Shown: positions 1 to 11,015 of the stretch, one piece after another
Numbering within the stretch: the first letter of the stretch is position 1
How the letters are laid out: each line of letters begins with the position of its first letter
Origin: Bdellovibrionota bacterium FG-1
Lineage (GTDB): Bacteria > Bdellovibrionota > UBA1018
Assembly (NCBI GenBank): GCA_051382295.1
Contig: JBBCAW010000062.1
Coordinates: forward strand, 50,040-114,039
Length of the DNA stretch: 64,000 bases
Direction of reading: 5' to 3'
Program-made: the position numbers and the translations under genes
Notes under the pieces: generated by a model
Told to the model about the DNA's origin: nothing
The model's input: only the letters and a program-made list of their open reading frames with translations
Databases searched by the model: none

Positions 1-361
1 TGATTTCATCCGCCAAAACCAGATTCGTAAAAATCGGCCCTTTGCGGATCGAAAAGTCTCCGGTTTTTTGGTTAAAAATCATCGTGCCAATCAAATCTGA
101 CGGCAAAAGATCAGGGGTGAATTGGATGCGTTGAAAGTCAGCATGAATAATGTCAGCTAAAGTCTTGATCGTCAGCGTCTTGGCAAGGCCCGGAAGCCCT
201 TCCAGCAAAACATGCCCGTCACATAACAGTGCCTGTAGCAGACGCTCAACCAGGAGTTTTTGTCCGACGATGACTTTACTCGCTTCATTGAGTACAACAT
301 CGACAAACTGACTTCGTTGCTTGATCTCTTCGGTAAGGGACTGAACATCGATAGTAGCCAT
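1..361 (-). CDS. moxR: MoxR-family AAA+ ATPase (N-terminal part, runs off left edge; absent from ORF track)
   Basis: Manual translation from ATG at 361: ...[14 protein letters not shown]...[17 protein letters not shown]...[13 protein letters not shown], the MoxR signature motifs. Confidence 0.95.
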   Translation of the reverse strand, partial: MATIDVQSLTEEIKQRSQFVDVVLNEASKVIVGQKLLVERLLQALLCDGHVLLEGLPGLAKTLTIKTLADIIHADFQRIQFTPDLLPSDLIGTMIFNQKTGDFSIRKGPIFTNLVLADEI

Positions 362-395
362 ATGGGCAAAGTATACTCACAACTATCCCCCCCGT

Positions 396-3300
396 CTAGC
401 GATTCAGAGCCCTCCGAGCCTCCGAAAAAAAGGCGCCGAGCTCCCCATCTTGAATATGACTACTCAGGGTTTTGAAAATACCCATGACTCCCTCTGGGTT
501 TCGTCGACCTAACAAGAAAAACTGGTCCAATTCACCCTTCTCCAGGCGTTCGGCCAAATAAAGCCGAATTTTTAACGCGGTTATTTTTGCCATAGGATCA
601 GGGTCTCGCTCCTCAAAAAAATCCAAAGCACCTCGACCCAACCTATCCAAGCCGAGCGCCCCATACTCTGGCAAACTGGTCAAGATGCCCCACCGTGCAT
701 TCACCTCTTGCCATGCCTCGCGCGCCCCCTGGGTATCCTCGTCCACGGCACGCAAAACATTCAAACCATCCACTGCCAATGTGGACTCCTCAAAAAATTC
801 TCGAATCAAATCTCCCAAATGTTCCTTAGTGGGTTGATCGGTATCCTCATAGAGGGCCCTCATCAGATCAGCGATCTTCTTTGATCGCAGCAACCCTTCT
901 ATCTTATCCGTATTTTGCGCAAGATAACTTAAATGCGCGTGTAATACAGCACCCCCTGTCTTAACAACCGGTTGAATTAAACCCAGTGGTCCCGCTTGAG
1001 CCAAGGCAAAAAAAGCCATCTGCCTCATTCGGGTATTTTCACGCCCCCACTCAGAGCGAATTCGATTCACCTCGTCTACAGACTTTCCTTGAATTTCTTT
1101 ACTATGTGCGTCATCAAGACTGCGCCCCTCTGCTGCATCGATCACACCAAAGATATTTTTAAGTACACCCCAAATCAACTCGTGCTTAGAATCCAGCAAA
1201 GGATCAACCAAAGAATGAGCCGTGTAATGTGGGTGAACGGGATCCTGCGGGTTATCTACCGTGGTCGCGCCCTCCATCAGCGAATCAAAAAAATCGACTA
1301 CCCGAGAATCGTCCACACTCCACCCTTTTAAATGTCGCGTCGCTTCACGGGTTAAGCCCAATCGCACAAGCCGATTGATCACCGAGAGGTTGTTTTTAAA
1401 GCCGTCGGCAACACGATGAAAATCCGCCTTTTGATATTCATCTGGGGTACTATAATAAAGCTGATAAAACAGATCCCTCATGATTCGCATTCCATTGACG
1501 AATTTTCCGCCCTGACCAAGCGGATAACCTCGTCGAGGCAGATTTTCTTCCAACACACTCAGCACCTGCTCAAGATTAAACAAGTAGCGACGCATCTGAG
1601 GAATATCAAAACCCGGCATCCAGCGAGGAACACCTACCGTATGAGGGGTAGGATCCCAGACCTCCTCTGGATCTCCCTCTTGCTGACAAGACGGTAAATT
1701 TGGCAAACCTACCACATGCAAAAACATGTTTTTAGTGCCGATAATATCATGAACCGCCTCCGCCAAAGTAGGCGGTCGAGAACCTCGATATTTCTCTCGA
1801 ATGTTTTGGGGCCAGGATTCTCTTGGCTCATCCCCCCAGGCATCGGCCACTTTCGACAAAAATAACAAACTGAAATTACGATGGTTGCCAAAATCTGGCA
1901 AAAACCGCCCCGGAACAAAAGGCCAGATGCTCCAAAAATCCGCGTTCATGAGCACGAGTTCAAATCGATCCATCGTGCTCACCAGCCTCACGCGTGGTCG
2001 AGCCTCACCTGGAAAAAAATAAGAAATCAAACGGTGATCATCCGATCGATCCATCAGAAATTTTCGCAACTCATCCCGATGGTAATGTTGAAACTCATTG
2101 GGCACGGTTTGGCCGTCTGGCAGCGTGAAATAGCGCAACACGTTCAACATGCTATCCAGCACACCGCCCTCACCCACCTTGGTCAGCACATCGTCCAATT
2201 GACCCTTAAATTCTTCCAAAGTCCAATCTCGACGTTGCGAACCTCCTACGAGATCCCAAGTGGTAATGGCCTGTTCCCAATCATCGATAATCTGATGAGT
2301 GCGCTGTTGTTTAAATCTCTCGATATCACCCATCGTCGAATGCGACGGAAGGCCATCACACTCCTTATTCCACACCCGTCGCTTGATGCGTTCTCGATCA
2401 TATTCACTCAAGGGACCCACGAGTTCAACCTCGGGTTTACTGTCCAATAATCCGTCCATATAGCGCAAAATTCGGACAAAATCGTCGCGCCGAAAAACAC
2501 GTGCTACAAAACCTTCCAACCGCCGGATTGAAGGCCTGATTCGCTCATCCATCACCGGCCTGAGTAACTCCACCACAGGCGCCACCACCGACTCGACCCG
2601 GCCCGGAATGCCCTTCACAAAAAGTGGAATCGCATCCAAGCCTTTAAAAATGCGCTGATCATCTACGAGCTGAGAAAAACGGTTGACCAAAAATCCAAAC
2701 TCCTGCGCTCCTAGCGCATGGGCGCCCGCCCCGATCTGACCGACAAAATCCATCCCAAAACTAAAGAAATCTCGCCCATCTTCCGTCTTTTCTGACCGCA
2801 AAAGCTTCAACGCGTCCTCAAGGTCGTCATGACGACTGTCCGAATTAATGCAATGAGCGAAGTGATCGAGTTCTTTCTCGAAGTCCCGATCGCGAGTGTT
2901 TACCAGCGACACACGCAGATCAAGCTGGCGACAATCCGAATTAGCCAGGGAGAACTCCTCGCGCTTGCCGAAATGGTTTAAATCAGCCGAAATCAGGTTA
3001 TGCCGCGCACGAGGGATAAACACTGGCTCAGAAGTCAAATGAATTTCCATTTTTCCTTGACTAGAAAATTTATGAAAAACTGAAAGCATCGCGCCCATCA
3101 GCTCCTTCAGTCTTCCATCCTTGGCCATATTCGAAAAAAGCCGAATCGACGCCTGAAATTCCTGCAGGTCTGACATCAAAAACAGGGTATTGAAAAGTTC
3201 CTGATTGGAATTAGCCTCTGACAAAATTTCTCGAACTAAGTCCACAACCGGATGCACATCATTGACATAGTAAGCCTGTCTTAGAGCAATCAGGGCTGGC

Positions 3301-4856
3301 TCAAGCATTTTTCGGTCTGTTGCCAAAAAATGGCGCATACTGAAAATAAAATTGTAAAAGCTTTGTCGCGAATTCCGCGATACTGCCCGACTGAGCACAT
3401 CGTAAACGCTTTCTTTATCCCCCTGAGAGCCCAAGGTCTTTTCAACCAAAAAACCAAGCTCGCTCCGAATCCCTGCCCGATCCGCCTCACGGGGGACCGA
3501 AAGCAGCAGAACCAGATCTTCCCATGCATGACGGTCCGTTAATTCAGCCAAAACGGGAAGAAGTCGTTTAAGTCCCGCGGTATTTTCGGAAGGACCTCCC
3601 ACTGCTGCGTATTCGGCGCTGCCGGTGTCCGATAAAAGATCGACCACCATCTTAGTCATTTTTGGACTGACTCCCTGAGTGGCCTTGATGATATCCACAA
3701 CGGGTTCGATAGCTGCAGTATCCGCTAGCGAAACGATCGCTGGATAAAAATCACCCAGTTGGCGTGGCAACTCACAAATAGGATTGAGCGCCATCAAAGT
3801 CAGGGGATTGGACCGTTTCAAAAAAGATGAGGCACTCGGAGTTTCAAGCCGTACCAACTCATCCACCATGAACATTGCACCATCGGAAACTGAAACACCG
3901 CCCTTCAGACAGGAAATCGGACGATGCGAGTAATGCAAAAGAGAGCTCAGTCCATCCAGCAACTGAGCATTATGAGACAGGGTCACGTCCAAAATCGACG
4001 CCAATCTGGGTACGGTTAAACCCAAGCGAGCGACATCGGATCCCAATACGGCTGGGTTATCCAAAACCGAAAAAAAGTTTCCAGAGATCACTTCGCCAAT
4101 CAACTTGTTCCCGGCATCCACATGCCGGGGATCTCCAATGTCCTGCAAGTAACCCAGGACACCATCGGTCAAATCGCGAAGTTTTCGACCCGATAAACTA
4201 TCGCCGTGGAAACGCTCTTGCAGCGCACCAAAGGACCGCGCCTGCGCAATAGTCAACGCAGCATCCGTGAAGTCAGAGATATGATCGAGGGACAAACGCG
4301 TCGATAGCCGTTCGATCGCCAACAAAAGCGTGCGATCCGCCGAGAAATTCGAAGTTCCCCCCTCTTCGTTAAATCCTTCCTTCAATAAAGCAATCGAACT
4401 TGAGACAAACTCCTCATTTTCCAAAAGTCGGCCGAATTCCACCAAACTGTTATCTAATATTTTTTTTTCGCTCAACGTTTCAAAAGTCCGCTCCAGCTGA
4501 AAAAGAAGCTTTCGGTCGTTTAAAAGGTATCGATTGACAATCCGAACGAGCGGCTGCAAATCAACATCCGCCAGCCGACTCGTCAAATTTTCTATTGGCT
4601 CAATCGCGCCATGGGAATTAAAACAATGAATAAGCCGTCTAAAAATCGGAACATCTAGACTAGGGCTCGAAATGTCGATCCCAGAGCAGCTCGTATTCAC
4701 CCGTCGGTAGCCCGGTGTATTTACAACTCCACCGTCTTGACTTTCACCCCAGAACGTCGCCGGGGAACACCCGTCCAAGGCTACACAGAGGCCCAAAAGG
4801 GCAGTAAATTTACAAAAAGTCTTAAAATTCAACCACACAACGCGGTGTAGTATCAT
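396..4856 (-). CDS. Very large (1486 aa) exported, possibly lipoprotein, hypothetical protein
   Basis: Long ORF; hydrophobic N-terminus ending LDGC (atypical lipobox); Leu-rich, helical-looking; no family recognised. Confidence 0.8.
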   Translation of the reverse strand: MILHRVVWLNFKTFCKFTALLGLCVALDGCSPATFWGESQDGGVVNTPGYRRVNTSCSGIDISSPSLDVPIFRRLIHCFNSHGAIEPIENLTSRLADVDLQPLVRIVNRYLLNDRKLLFQLERTFETLSEKKILDNSLVEFGRLLENEEFVSSSIALLKEGFNEEGGTSNFSADRTLLLAIERLSTRLSLDHISDFTDAALTIAQARSFGALQERFHGDSLSGRKLRDLTDGVLGYLQDIGDPRHVDAGNKLIGEVISGNFFSVLDNPAVLGSDVARLGLTVPRLASILDVTLSHNAQLLDGLSSLLHYSHRPISCLKGGVSVSDGAMFMVDELVRLETPSASSFLKRSNPLTLMALNPICELPRQLGDFYPAIVSLADTAAIEPVVDIIKATQGVSPKMTKMVVDLLSDTGSAEYAAVGGPSENTAGLKRLLPVLAELTDRHAWEDLVLLLSVPREADRAGIRSELGFLVEKTLGSQGDKESVYDVLSRAVSRNSRQSFYNFIFSMRHFLATDRKMLEPALIALRQAYYVNDVHPVVDLVREILSEANSNQELFNTLFLMSDLQEFQASIRLFSNMAKDGRLKELMGAMLSVFHKFSSQGKMEIHLTSEPVFIPRARHNLISADLNHFGKREEFSLANSDCRQLDLRVSLVNTRDRDFEKELDHFAHCINSDSRHDDLEDALKLLRSEKTEDGRDFFSFGMDFVGQIGAGAHALGAQEFGFLVNRFSQLVDDQRIFKGLDAIPLFVKGIPGRVESVVAPVVELLRPVMDERIRPSIRRLEGFVARVFRRDDFVRILRYMDGLLDSKPEVELVGPLSEYDRERIKRRVWNKECDGLPSHSTMGDIERFKQQRTHQIIDDWEQAITTWDLVGGSQRRDWTLEEFKGQLDDVLTKVGEGGVLDSMLNVLRYFTLPDGQTVPNEFQHYHRDELRKFLMDRSDDHRLISYFFPGEARPRVRLVSTMDRFELVLMNADFWSIWPFVPGRFLPDFGNHRNFSLLFLSKVADAWGDEPRESWPQNIREKYRGSRPPTLAEAVHDIIGTKNMFLHVVGLPNLPSCQQEGDPEEVWDPTPHTVGVPRWMPGFDIPQMRRYLFNLEQVLSVLEENLPRRGYPLGQGGKFVNGMRIMRDLFYQLYYSTPDEYQKADFHRVADGFKNNLSVINRLVRLGLTREATRHLKGWSVDDSRVVDFFDSLMEGATTVDNPQDPVHPHYTAHSLVDPLLDSKHELIWGVLKNIFGVIDAAEGRSLDDAHSKEIQGKSVDEVNRIRSEWGRENTRMRQMAFFALAQAGPLGLIQPVVKTGGAVLHAHLSYLAQNTDKIEGLLRSKKIADLMRALYEDTDQPTKEHLGDLIREFFEESTLAVDGLNVLRAVDEDTQGAREAWQEVNARWGILTSLPEYGALGLDRLGRGALDFFEERDPDPMAKITALKIRLYLAERLEKGELDQFFLLGRRNPEGVMGIFKTLSSHIQDGELGAFFSEARRALNR

Positions 4857-4981
4857 TCCATACTAAATTAATCAACGATAGAAACAAAGAGCATACTTTC
4901 CTCATGATATCAACACTTTCTACTTGTATCAGACCCCTGGTTTTCGATATGAATAAACTGAAAAAATAGGAGATCTCTAAA

Positions 4982-5356
4982 ATGGCTCAGACTGGTTCTT
5001 CTAAAAAAAATAAGTCCCGTGTTTCCCAAGTTCTCGATCAGGCTCGAGAATCCCTTAAGCTCCTAGAAACTCTTGAAAAAGAAACCTTGGCCAAGGCCAA
5101 GACCTTTGTTCGTAATCCGCTTCAGGCCGAACGACGCAAAAAAATGGCCAATGAGAAAATTTTGGCCAAATTTAAAACGATGGGCGTCGCCACCTCGACC
5201 GAAGTTCGTGCTCTTGAAGAAAAAATCGAGAGACTCGAAAGAGAGTTTGCCGCACTTCAGGCCATGGTCGCTGAATCACAACTCAAACGAGCTGCCAAGG
5301 CAGCGAATAAGACAGCACCAACTCCTCCATCGACGGAAACATTTCCGAATACTTAA
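4982..5356 (+). CDS. Phasin/PhaF-like coiled-coil protein
   Basis: AGGAG RBS; motif ATSTEVRALEEKIERLE resembles PHA-granule-associated proteins; Ala/Lys/Pro tail. Confidence 0.55.
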   Translation: MAQTGSSKKNKSRVSQVLDQARESLKLLETLEKETLAKAKTFVRNPLQAERRKKMANEKILAKFKTMGVATSTEVRALEEKIERLEREFAALQAMVAESQLKRAAKAANKTAPTPPSTETFPNT

Positions 5357-6885
5357 AACCCCACCTGATCGCCTCTATCGGGCCGCGGCGGATGTACCGG
5401 CGTCCCTGGGGCATCGCTGGCTAGATTCGCAAACAAGGTGTATTCGGATAGCCAAGCCAGCCGAATCGTAGCGGTTTCACCGGCACGGTGTTTGCCGACA
5501 ATCAGCTCCGCAATGCCTTTTTCTTCAGTGTCTTTATTGTACACTTCATCACGATAGATGAAGCACACCATATCGGCGTCTTGCTCGATTGCGCCGGACT
5601 CACGCAAATCCGAAAGCATCGGACGCTTATTAGGACGTTGCTCAAGACCGCGATTCAGCTGCGAAAGTGCGATAATCGGCACCTTGAGCTCTTTAGCGAG
5701 ATTTTTTAGGCCTCGACTGATTTCCGAAATTTCTTGCTCGCGCGAGCCACTCGCTTTTGCGTTGCGCGACCCCTGCATCAACTGAAGATAATCGATCACA
5801 ATCAAATCGAGCTTTTTCTCAGTAGCCAGAAGCCGCCGACAACGCGATCGGATGTCCATCACCGTAATGCCAGCCGCATCATCAATAAAAATCTTAGCCT
5901 TTGAAAGCTGATCAGCCGCCTGGGCTAACCGCGCCCACTCACGATCCGCAATTCGTCCGACCTTAAGTCGCTTTGCATCAATTCGAGACATCCCCGAAAG
6001 AAAACGCATCCCCAGTTCATCTTTGGTCATCTCAAGAGAAAAAATACTCACCACCGACTTTGAATGCACTGCCATGTGTTGAGCCATCGACAAAAACATC
6101 GATGTTTTTCCCATCGCAGGCCGTGCCGCCAAGACAATCAACTGTCCAGGGCGCATTCCGCCGGTCAGCTTATCGAAATCGGTAAAGCCCGTCGGAACCC
6201 CGATCACATCGGTTTTTCGCGAAGCAAGTTCCTCAATCGTATGCATGTTGGCGACAAGGATTTCCTGCATACTCGACATCGTGTCGACTTTGCCGGTATC
6301 AGCGACATTGAGAATTTTCGTCTCAACCTCGTCCATAAAGGCTTCCGTATCCTCGATGCCTTCGTATGCTCGTGCTGCGATTTCAGACGAAGTGTCGATC
6401 ACCCGACGTAGCAACGCCTTCTCGCGCACAATGCGAGCATAATGGCTCACATTCCCAATCGCGAAGGTGTCCTCAAAGAGGCTCGTTAAAATCGCACTTC
6501 CACCCACCGCCTCATACCAGCCCTTATCGCGCAAGGTCGAGGTCAGAGTGACCAAGTCGGCCGGCTCTCCCCGACTGACAAGGGCGTAAATCGCATCAAA
6601 GATTTTTTGATGCCGCTCATGATAGAAATCGCGGCCCTCGAGACCGACTTCAGAAATTCGATAGACTGATTCGTTATTCAGAAGGCAAGCACCTAAAACA
6701 GAGCGCTCAGCCTCAAGATTATGAGGTGGAATCCTTCCCCCTGGAGAGCCCGACTTGGACGAACCAGTCGTCTCCCAAAAAGGAGCCGTAGACACACTCG
6801 CAGTACTACCCGATTTTCGAGTAGACTTATCCCAATCGCCAGAAGGCGGATAAAATCCGTCCCCCGGTCCATTCCCCCCAGACAT
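5353..6885 (-). CDS. dnaB: Replicative DNA helicase DnaB
   Basis: PPHNLEAERSVLG, AARPAMGKT, IVIDYLQLM, SDLRESGAIEQDAD; ~50 aa low-complexity N-terminal extension; no intein. Confidence 0.98.
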   Translation of the reverse strand: MSGGNGPGDGFYPPSGDWDKSTRKSGSTASVSTAPFWETTGSSKSGSPGGRIPPHNLEAERSVLGACLLNNESVYRISEVGLEGRDFYHERHQKIFDAIYALVSRGEPADLVTLTSTLRDKGWYEAVGGSAILTSLFEDTFAIGNVSHYARIVREKALLRRVIDTSSEIAARAYEGIEDTEAFMDEVETKILNVADTGKVDTMSSMQEILVANMHTIEELASRKTDVIGVPTGFTDFDKLTGGMRPGQLIVLAARPAMGKTSMFLSMAQHMAVHSKSVVSIFSLEMTKDELGMRFLSGMSRIDAKRLKVGRIADREWARLAQAADQLSKAKIFIDDAAGITVMDIRSRCRRLLATEKKLDLIVIDYLQLMQGSRNAKASGSREQEISEISRGLKNLAKELKVPIIALSQLNRGLEQRPNKRPMLSDLRESGAIEQDADMVCFIYRDEVYNKDTEEKGIAELIVGKHRAGETATIRLAWLSEYTLFANLASDAPGTPVHPPRPDRGDQVGF

Positions 6886-6903
6886 GATGGGATCTCCTAA
6901 AAC

Positions 6904-7350
6904 TTATTGTTCTTTTACAACCCAAACTTTAACGGTGGCCGTAACATCAGCATCGAGACGAATGGTCACAGGATGCACACCCAAGCTCTTAATAGGATGC
7001 TCGAGAATGATATCCTGTTTTTCGATCGGATAGCCAGCCTTTACAAGAGCCGACGAAATATCGCTGGAGGTTACAGAACCAAACAACTTATCGTGTTCGC
7101 CAGTCTTGCAACCAATGGTGCAAGAAAAGTCAGCCAATTTTTTGGCCAGCTCATCGGCAGAAGCACGAGCCAAAAGGCGCTTCTTTTCCAATGTTTTTTT
7201 GTGATGCTCGATAACAGCAATATTTTTAGCATCAGCAGCGACCACTAGACTTCGCGGCAAAAGAAAATTGCGGGCGTAGCCATCGGAAACATTAACGACA
7301 TCACCGATACGACCCAGTTTAGCCACATTTTCACGCAAAACGACCAGCAT
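6904..7350 (-). CDS. rplI: 50S ribosomal protein L9
   Basis: LGRIGDVVNVSDGYARNFLLP, KLFGSVT. Confidence 0.98.
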   Translation of the reverse strand: MLVVLRENVAKLGRIGDVVNVSDGYARNFLLPRSLVVAADAKNIAVIEHHKKTLEKKRLLARASADELAKKLADFSCTIGCKTGEHDKLFGSVTSSDISSALVKAGYPIEKQDIILEHPIKSLGVHPVTIRLDADVTATVKVWVVKEQ

Positions 7351-7398
7351 TGCTTAAACTCCTTGAAAGAAAAAAACCAAAACCTTTGATATGTCAGC

Positions 7399-8412
7399 CT
7401 AAGATGACTGCCTGAACTTGCTCCGAAAGTCAAACCAGAGGTCAAAGAACCCAAGGCTCAATAGCAGAGGCATCATCAGAAAAGTCGCAATCAAAAAACC
7501 GACTGTTCGAAAGAACCCACGAACCTTCCACAAATCAAAAAAGAAGCTCAAAACACTCAAGCCCTGAATGGCATAAATCGCCATAAAAAACCTGAACAAA
7601 TTCAGCGATATATACGAAATCCGCCCTACTTCCACGATCAAAAAAAACGCCGTAACAATCGTTGGCCACACCAGCCATTCTGGAGCCTTCCACTCGCGCA
7701 AAAACCGGGCATTAAGTCCCATTTTGTCACGAATCCCTGCAGGATTAATTCGAAGCAACGTTACGAGGTTAGCCCACACCAGGACCAGAGCAAAAACAGC
7801 GACGGCAGAAGGGAACTCCCGAAACAAGTTTTTCTTCCATTCATCGATATCCCCAGGACTTAACGAGGACCCATTTGACATGGATTGCTGCAAAAAATCA
7901 ACCATCGCAGAGATCTGCAAACGGACCTCTTGCATCCAGTTCACTGAGTGTCCAAAAGAATACCAAGCCAATACCACAACCCCGCAAACACCCGCCGTAA
8001 CCAAACTCATTGCGGCTATTTTCTCTAAAGACTTTCGACGATCAATCCCCTCGCTCATAGAAACGGCTACGGCCACGACAAAAATAAAGTAAAACGCAAG
8101 ACTAACCGTCCCTGCGGCGACGCCGACGATGAGACTATTAGTTAAAATCGCAATGAATGACCACTTTCGACCCGCCCGAAACCGTAAAAAAAGAATCGGA
8201 AGCGGTGCGAAAATTGAAAACAAGGCGCTCAAAAAAAAGAAGGCGCTCAGAAAAAAAGGAACTACTCTCAACCATAAAGGCGTCGAGATCGGCTTTCTTC
8301 CTGGCATTCCATCTGGAAGTCCGGAAACTTCATCTCCACCCCGAGACGTACCGAGACCCGAAACGTTCGAATCCGAAGGCTGATGATGAAGCGAAGTTTC
8401 CGACGATTCCAT
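7399..8412 (-). CDS. YybS/DUF2232-family membrane protein
   Basis: Multi-TM, QGLSVL and LGFFDLWFDFR C-terminus, usual position between rpsR and rplI. Confidence 0.85.
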   Translation of the reverse strand: MESSETSLHHQPSDSNVSGLGTSRGGDEVSGLPDGMPGRKPISTPLWLRVVPFFLSAFFFLSALFSIFAPLPILFLRFRAGRKWSFIAILTNSLIVGVAAGTVSLAFYFIFVVAVAVSMSEGIDRRKSLEKIAAMSLVTAGVCGVVVLAWYSFGHSVNWMQEVRLQISAMVDFLQQSMSNGSSLSPGDIDEWKKNLFREFPSAVAVFALVLVWANLVTLLRINPAGIRDKMGLNARFLREWKAPEWLVWPTIVTAFFLIVEVGRISYISLNLFRFFMAIYAIQGLSVLSFFFDLWKVRGFFRTVGFLIATFLMMPLLLSLGFFDLWFDFRSKFRQSS

Positions 8413-8420
8413 AATTGAGC

Positions 8421-8729
8421 TTAGTTGCCCATCGACACGTAGCCAACGAGCGCAAGATTGCGGGCGCGCTTAACCGAAGAGGTCAGGGCACGCTGATGTA
8501 ACGCACAGTTTCCAGAGATTCGGCGCGGAACGATCTTCCCATGCTCGGTCACAAAGGACTGCATCATGCGAATATCTTTATAATCCATGACAAAATCCTG
8601 ATCGGAGCAGAAACGGCAGACTTTCTTACGAGTAAAGCTGCGGCGCCCGCCGCCATCGGCATCTTTGTCCTGACGATCAGAGCGGTCGTCTCGGTCGCGC
8701 ATATCGGTTTTCAAGTGGGTTGTAGCCAT
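8421..8729 (-). CDS. rpsR: 30S ribosomal protein S18
   Basis: RKKVCRFC...DYKD...[17 protein letters not shown]. Confidence 0.98.
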   Translation of the reverse strand: MATTHLKTDMRDRDDRSDRQDKDADGGGRRSFTRKKVCRFCSDQDFVMDYKDIRMMQSFVTEHGKIVPRRISGNCALHQRALTSSVKRARNLALVGYVSMGN

Positions 8730-8773
8730 TGAGTATATCCTCTTTAAAAAATTGTATTTCTTTAGATCTCGCC

Positions 8774-9298
8774 TTAAATCTCGTCTGACTCAACATCGCT
8801 AACGTCGTCCACGACATCAGGGGCTGGTCCGCGATGACGGCTTTCCGAATGACCTCGATCATCTCCGTAGCCACGCCGCTCTTGCATGCGCTCTTCACGA
8901 CGAGCTTCACGTTCCTCTTCACGACGCTTGGCAGCGGCATGGAGTTCGGCACGGCGCTTAGCAAAAACCTCACCGTCAAATTCTTTTTCCAAATTCACGG
9001 TCAAGAAGCGAAGCACGTGCTCATGGAGACGAAGATTACGTTCAATTTCATGAACGATGTCACTGGTGCCAGTATACACAAAATAGGTATATTGCCCACG
9101 AGCCTCTTTGTGGATCGGATAAGCCAGCTTACGCTTACCCCAGTCTTCTTGCAGTACGACTTGTCCTTTATAAGCGGACACTACGCCATTCAAACGTTCC
9201 TGCAGTACCTTTAAGGCATCATCGGACATCTCAGCGCGAGTAATAAAGGTCGTTTCGTAACCGGGCAAAATACTTGCACCGGCAGTTTCATTTGCCAT
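8774..9298 (-). CDS. rpsF: 30S ribosomal protein S6 with charged C-terminal extension
   Basis: [21 protein letters not shown]. Confidence 0.97.
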   Translation of the reverse strand: MANETAGASILPGYETTFITRAEMSDDALKVLQERLNGVVSAYKGQVVLQEDWGKRKLAYPIHKEARGQYTYFVYTGTSDIVHEIERNLRLHEHVLRFLTVNLEKEFDGEVFAKRRAELHAAAKRREEEREARREERMQERRGYGDDRGHSESRHRGPAPDVVDDVSDVESDEI

Positions 9299-9299
9299 A

Positions 9300-9392
9300 A
9301 CTTCTCTCCTTTTGGTTAATGAACCGACTTATGGTTTTCCGGCTCAAAAGCCCATTTGCCTGAAATCAATGACCAGACACCTGAGCAAGGTT
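9300..9392 (-). promoter_or_regulatory. Probable S6:S18 ribosomal protein leader
   Basis: Minus strand reads CCTTGCTC...TGGTCATT...GAGCCGG...TAACCAAAAGGAG directly before rpsF, resembling the known S6:S18 autoregulatory leader. Confidence 0.45.
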
Positions 9393-9466
9393 AACTGAGC
9401 AGCAGGATGCCACTCTTCTTCGTTTAAAGAAGCGGTGGAATTAACACAACGATTGGGGATTATCCA

Positions 9467-10291
9467 CTACGGTTTTGGGGAGGGCTCACTGGAACGACCG
9501 ACCAGAGCGTTTTTCTCGACTTCGGCGGCTTCGCGCTCTTCACTGGTCGCCTCGGCAGACCGCCTGAGCCCCATCCAGTGAACCACCCAAATGGAGCACT
9601 CGTAAAGTAGAACCAACGGCCCCCCCAACAAGAGCATGGAAACCGCGTCGGGTGGCGCAAAGAGGGCCGACACCACTGTAATTAAAATAATAGCCATTCG
9701 GCGTTGCTTACGGAGCATGGGTGCATCCACCACACCCAAAAAACCTAATAAGCACACCAAAACAGGGAGTTCAAACGACATCCCAAAAAGCAACAGAAGC
9801 TTAAGCACGGTGCCATAGTAGGAATCTATGGTCAGCATGGGAACATCCGAGGGGGAGCCGTAATGCACGAAGTAATCAAATCCCACCGGCATGAGAACAA
9901 AATAAGCAAAGCCGGCCCCTGCCGCAAAAAAGAAGGTCGCCGCCCCCACAAAGGGGAACACCAACCGACGCTCTTTGGGATAAAGCCCCGGCGCGATAAA
10001 GCCCCATATTTGGAAGAAAAAATAAGGAGAAAGAAAAAAGAGGGACGCGTACCCCGAAATTTTAAGATGGGTCAAAAAGTTCTCAAAAAGACTCGTAAAA
10101 TATAACTTTCGTTGCTCCGGCGGCAGCGCATTAAAAAGCGGCCTACGCAAAACAGCCAGCATGGGTTCTGAAACAAAATAGAGGGCAACAAATCCGCCCA
10201 TAAATACCCAGAGCGAACGGATCAATCTGACCCGTAATTCCTCCAAGTGACTATAAAAGCTCATGCTCTTCACGTTATTCTCTTGAGACAT
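9467..10291 (-). CDS. tatC: Twin-arginine translocase subunit TatC
   Basis: HLEELRVRL, FIAPGLYPKERR, FELP, PPDAVS. Confidence 0.97.
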   Translation of the reverse strand: MSQENNVKSMSFYSHLEELRVRLIRSLWVFMGGFVALYFVSEPMLAVLRRPLFNALPPEQRKLYFTSLFENFLTHLKISGYASLFFLSPYFFFQIWGFIAPGLYPKERRLVFPFVGAATFFFAAGAGFAYFVLMPVGFDYFVHYGSPSDVPMLTIDSYYGTVLKLLLLFGMSFELPVLVCLLGFLGVVDAPMLRKQRRMAIILITVVSALFAPPDAVSMLLLGGPLVLLYECSIWVVHWMGLRRSAEATSEEREAAEVEKNALVGRSSEPSPKP

Positions 10292-10351
10292 CCTGAGTTG
10301 GGAGTAGAAGGTATAGCTTTGAGTTTCAAGTAGAAATGGAGTGATCTATCC

Positions 10352-11008
10352 ATGCGTCACCGGATACTGCCGGCTTTGTTCGTCATAATATTGTGTGTTT
10401 TCGTTGCCTTAGGTGTTGTTTTTGCTCGCAAAAACACCGTTCGCGAAAGCGCCGTGCAACCTGCCCTTCCCATCGCAACCCCTTCGGTTGTGGCACTGAC
10501 CTCACCTACTCCGTCACCGTCCACCACCGTTGCTCCAACCCCCAATCCATCACCGGATCTGAGCGTCGATCCGAGCGGACTCTCTAATGCAACAGTCGTG
10601 ATCACGACGACCCAGGGGGTTATCAAATTTAAGTTCTACCCCCAGGACGCCCCCAACACGATTCAACGTTTAATCGTACTGATGAATCAGGGTTTTTATA
10701 ATGGACTGGTCTTTCACCGGGTTGTGCCCGGATTTGTTATTCAAACGGGCGACCCCCTGGGCAATGGGACCGGCGGAAGCGGACAGAAACTCAAAGCCGA
10801 GTTTAATAACCGCCGCCACATAGAAGGTACCGTCGCGATGGCGCGAGCTCAAGACCCAGATTCGGCGGATTCGCAATTCTATATCAGCCTAGGGACCCTA
10901 CCTCACCTCGATCACGGCTACACGGTGTTTGGGCAGGTGATTGAGGGGATGGACGTCGCAAAGAAGATCAAGATCGGGGATAAAATGACCTCGGTGAGAA
11001 TTGAGTAG
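10352..11008 (+). CDS. Membrane-anchored cyclophilin-type peptidyl-prolyl isomerase
   Basis: FYNGLVFHRVVPGFVIQTGDP, GTVAMAR, HLDHGYTVFGQV; N-terminal TM and Pro/Ser/Thr linker. Confidence 0.95.
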   Translation: MRHRILPALFVIILCVFVALGVVFARKNTVRESAVQPALPIATPSVVALTSPTPSPSTTVAPTPNPSPDLSVDPSGLSNATVVITTTQGVIKFKFYPQDAPNTIQRLIVLMNQGFYNGLVFHRVVPGFVIQTGDPLGNGTGGSGQKLKAEFNNRRHIEGTVAMARAQDPDSADSQFYISLGTLPHLDHGYTVFGQVIEGMDVAKKIKIGDKMTSVRIE

Positions 11009-11015
11009 CCCCGCC

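Noticed and set aside
172..475. ORF-track ORFs 172-369 and 260-475
   Set aside because: Shadow frames of moxR and of the end of the large gene
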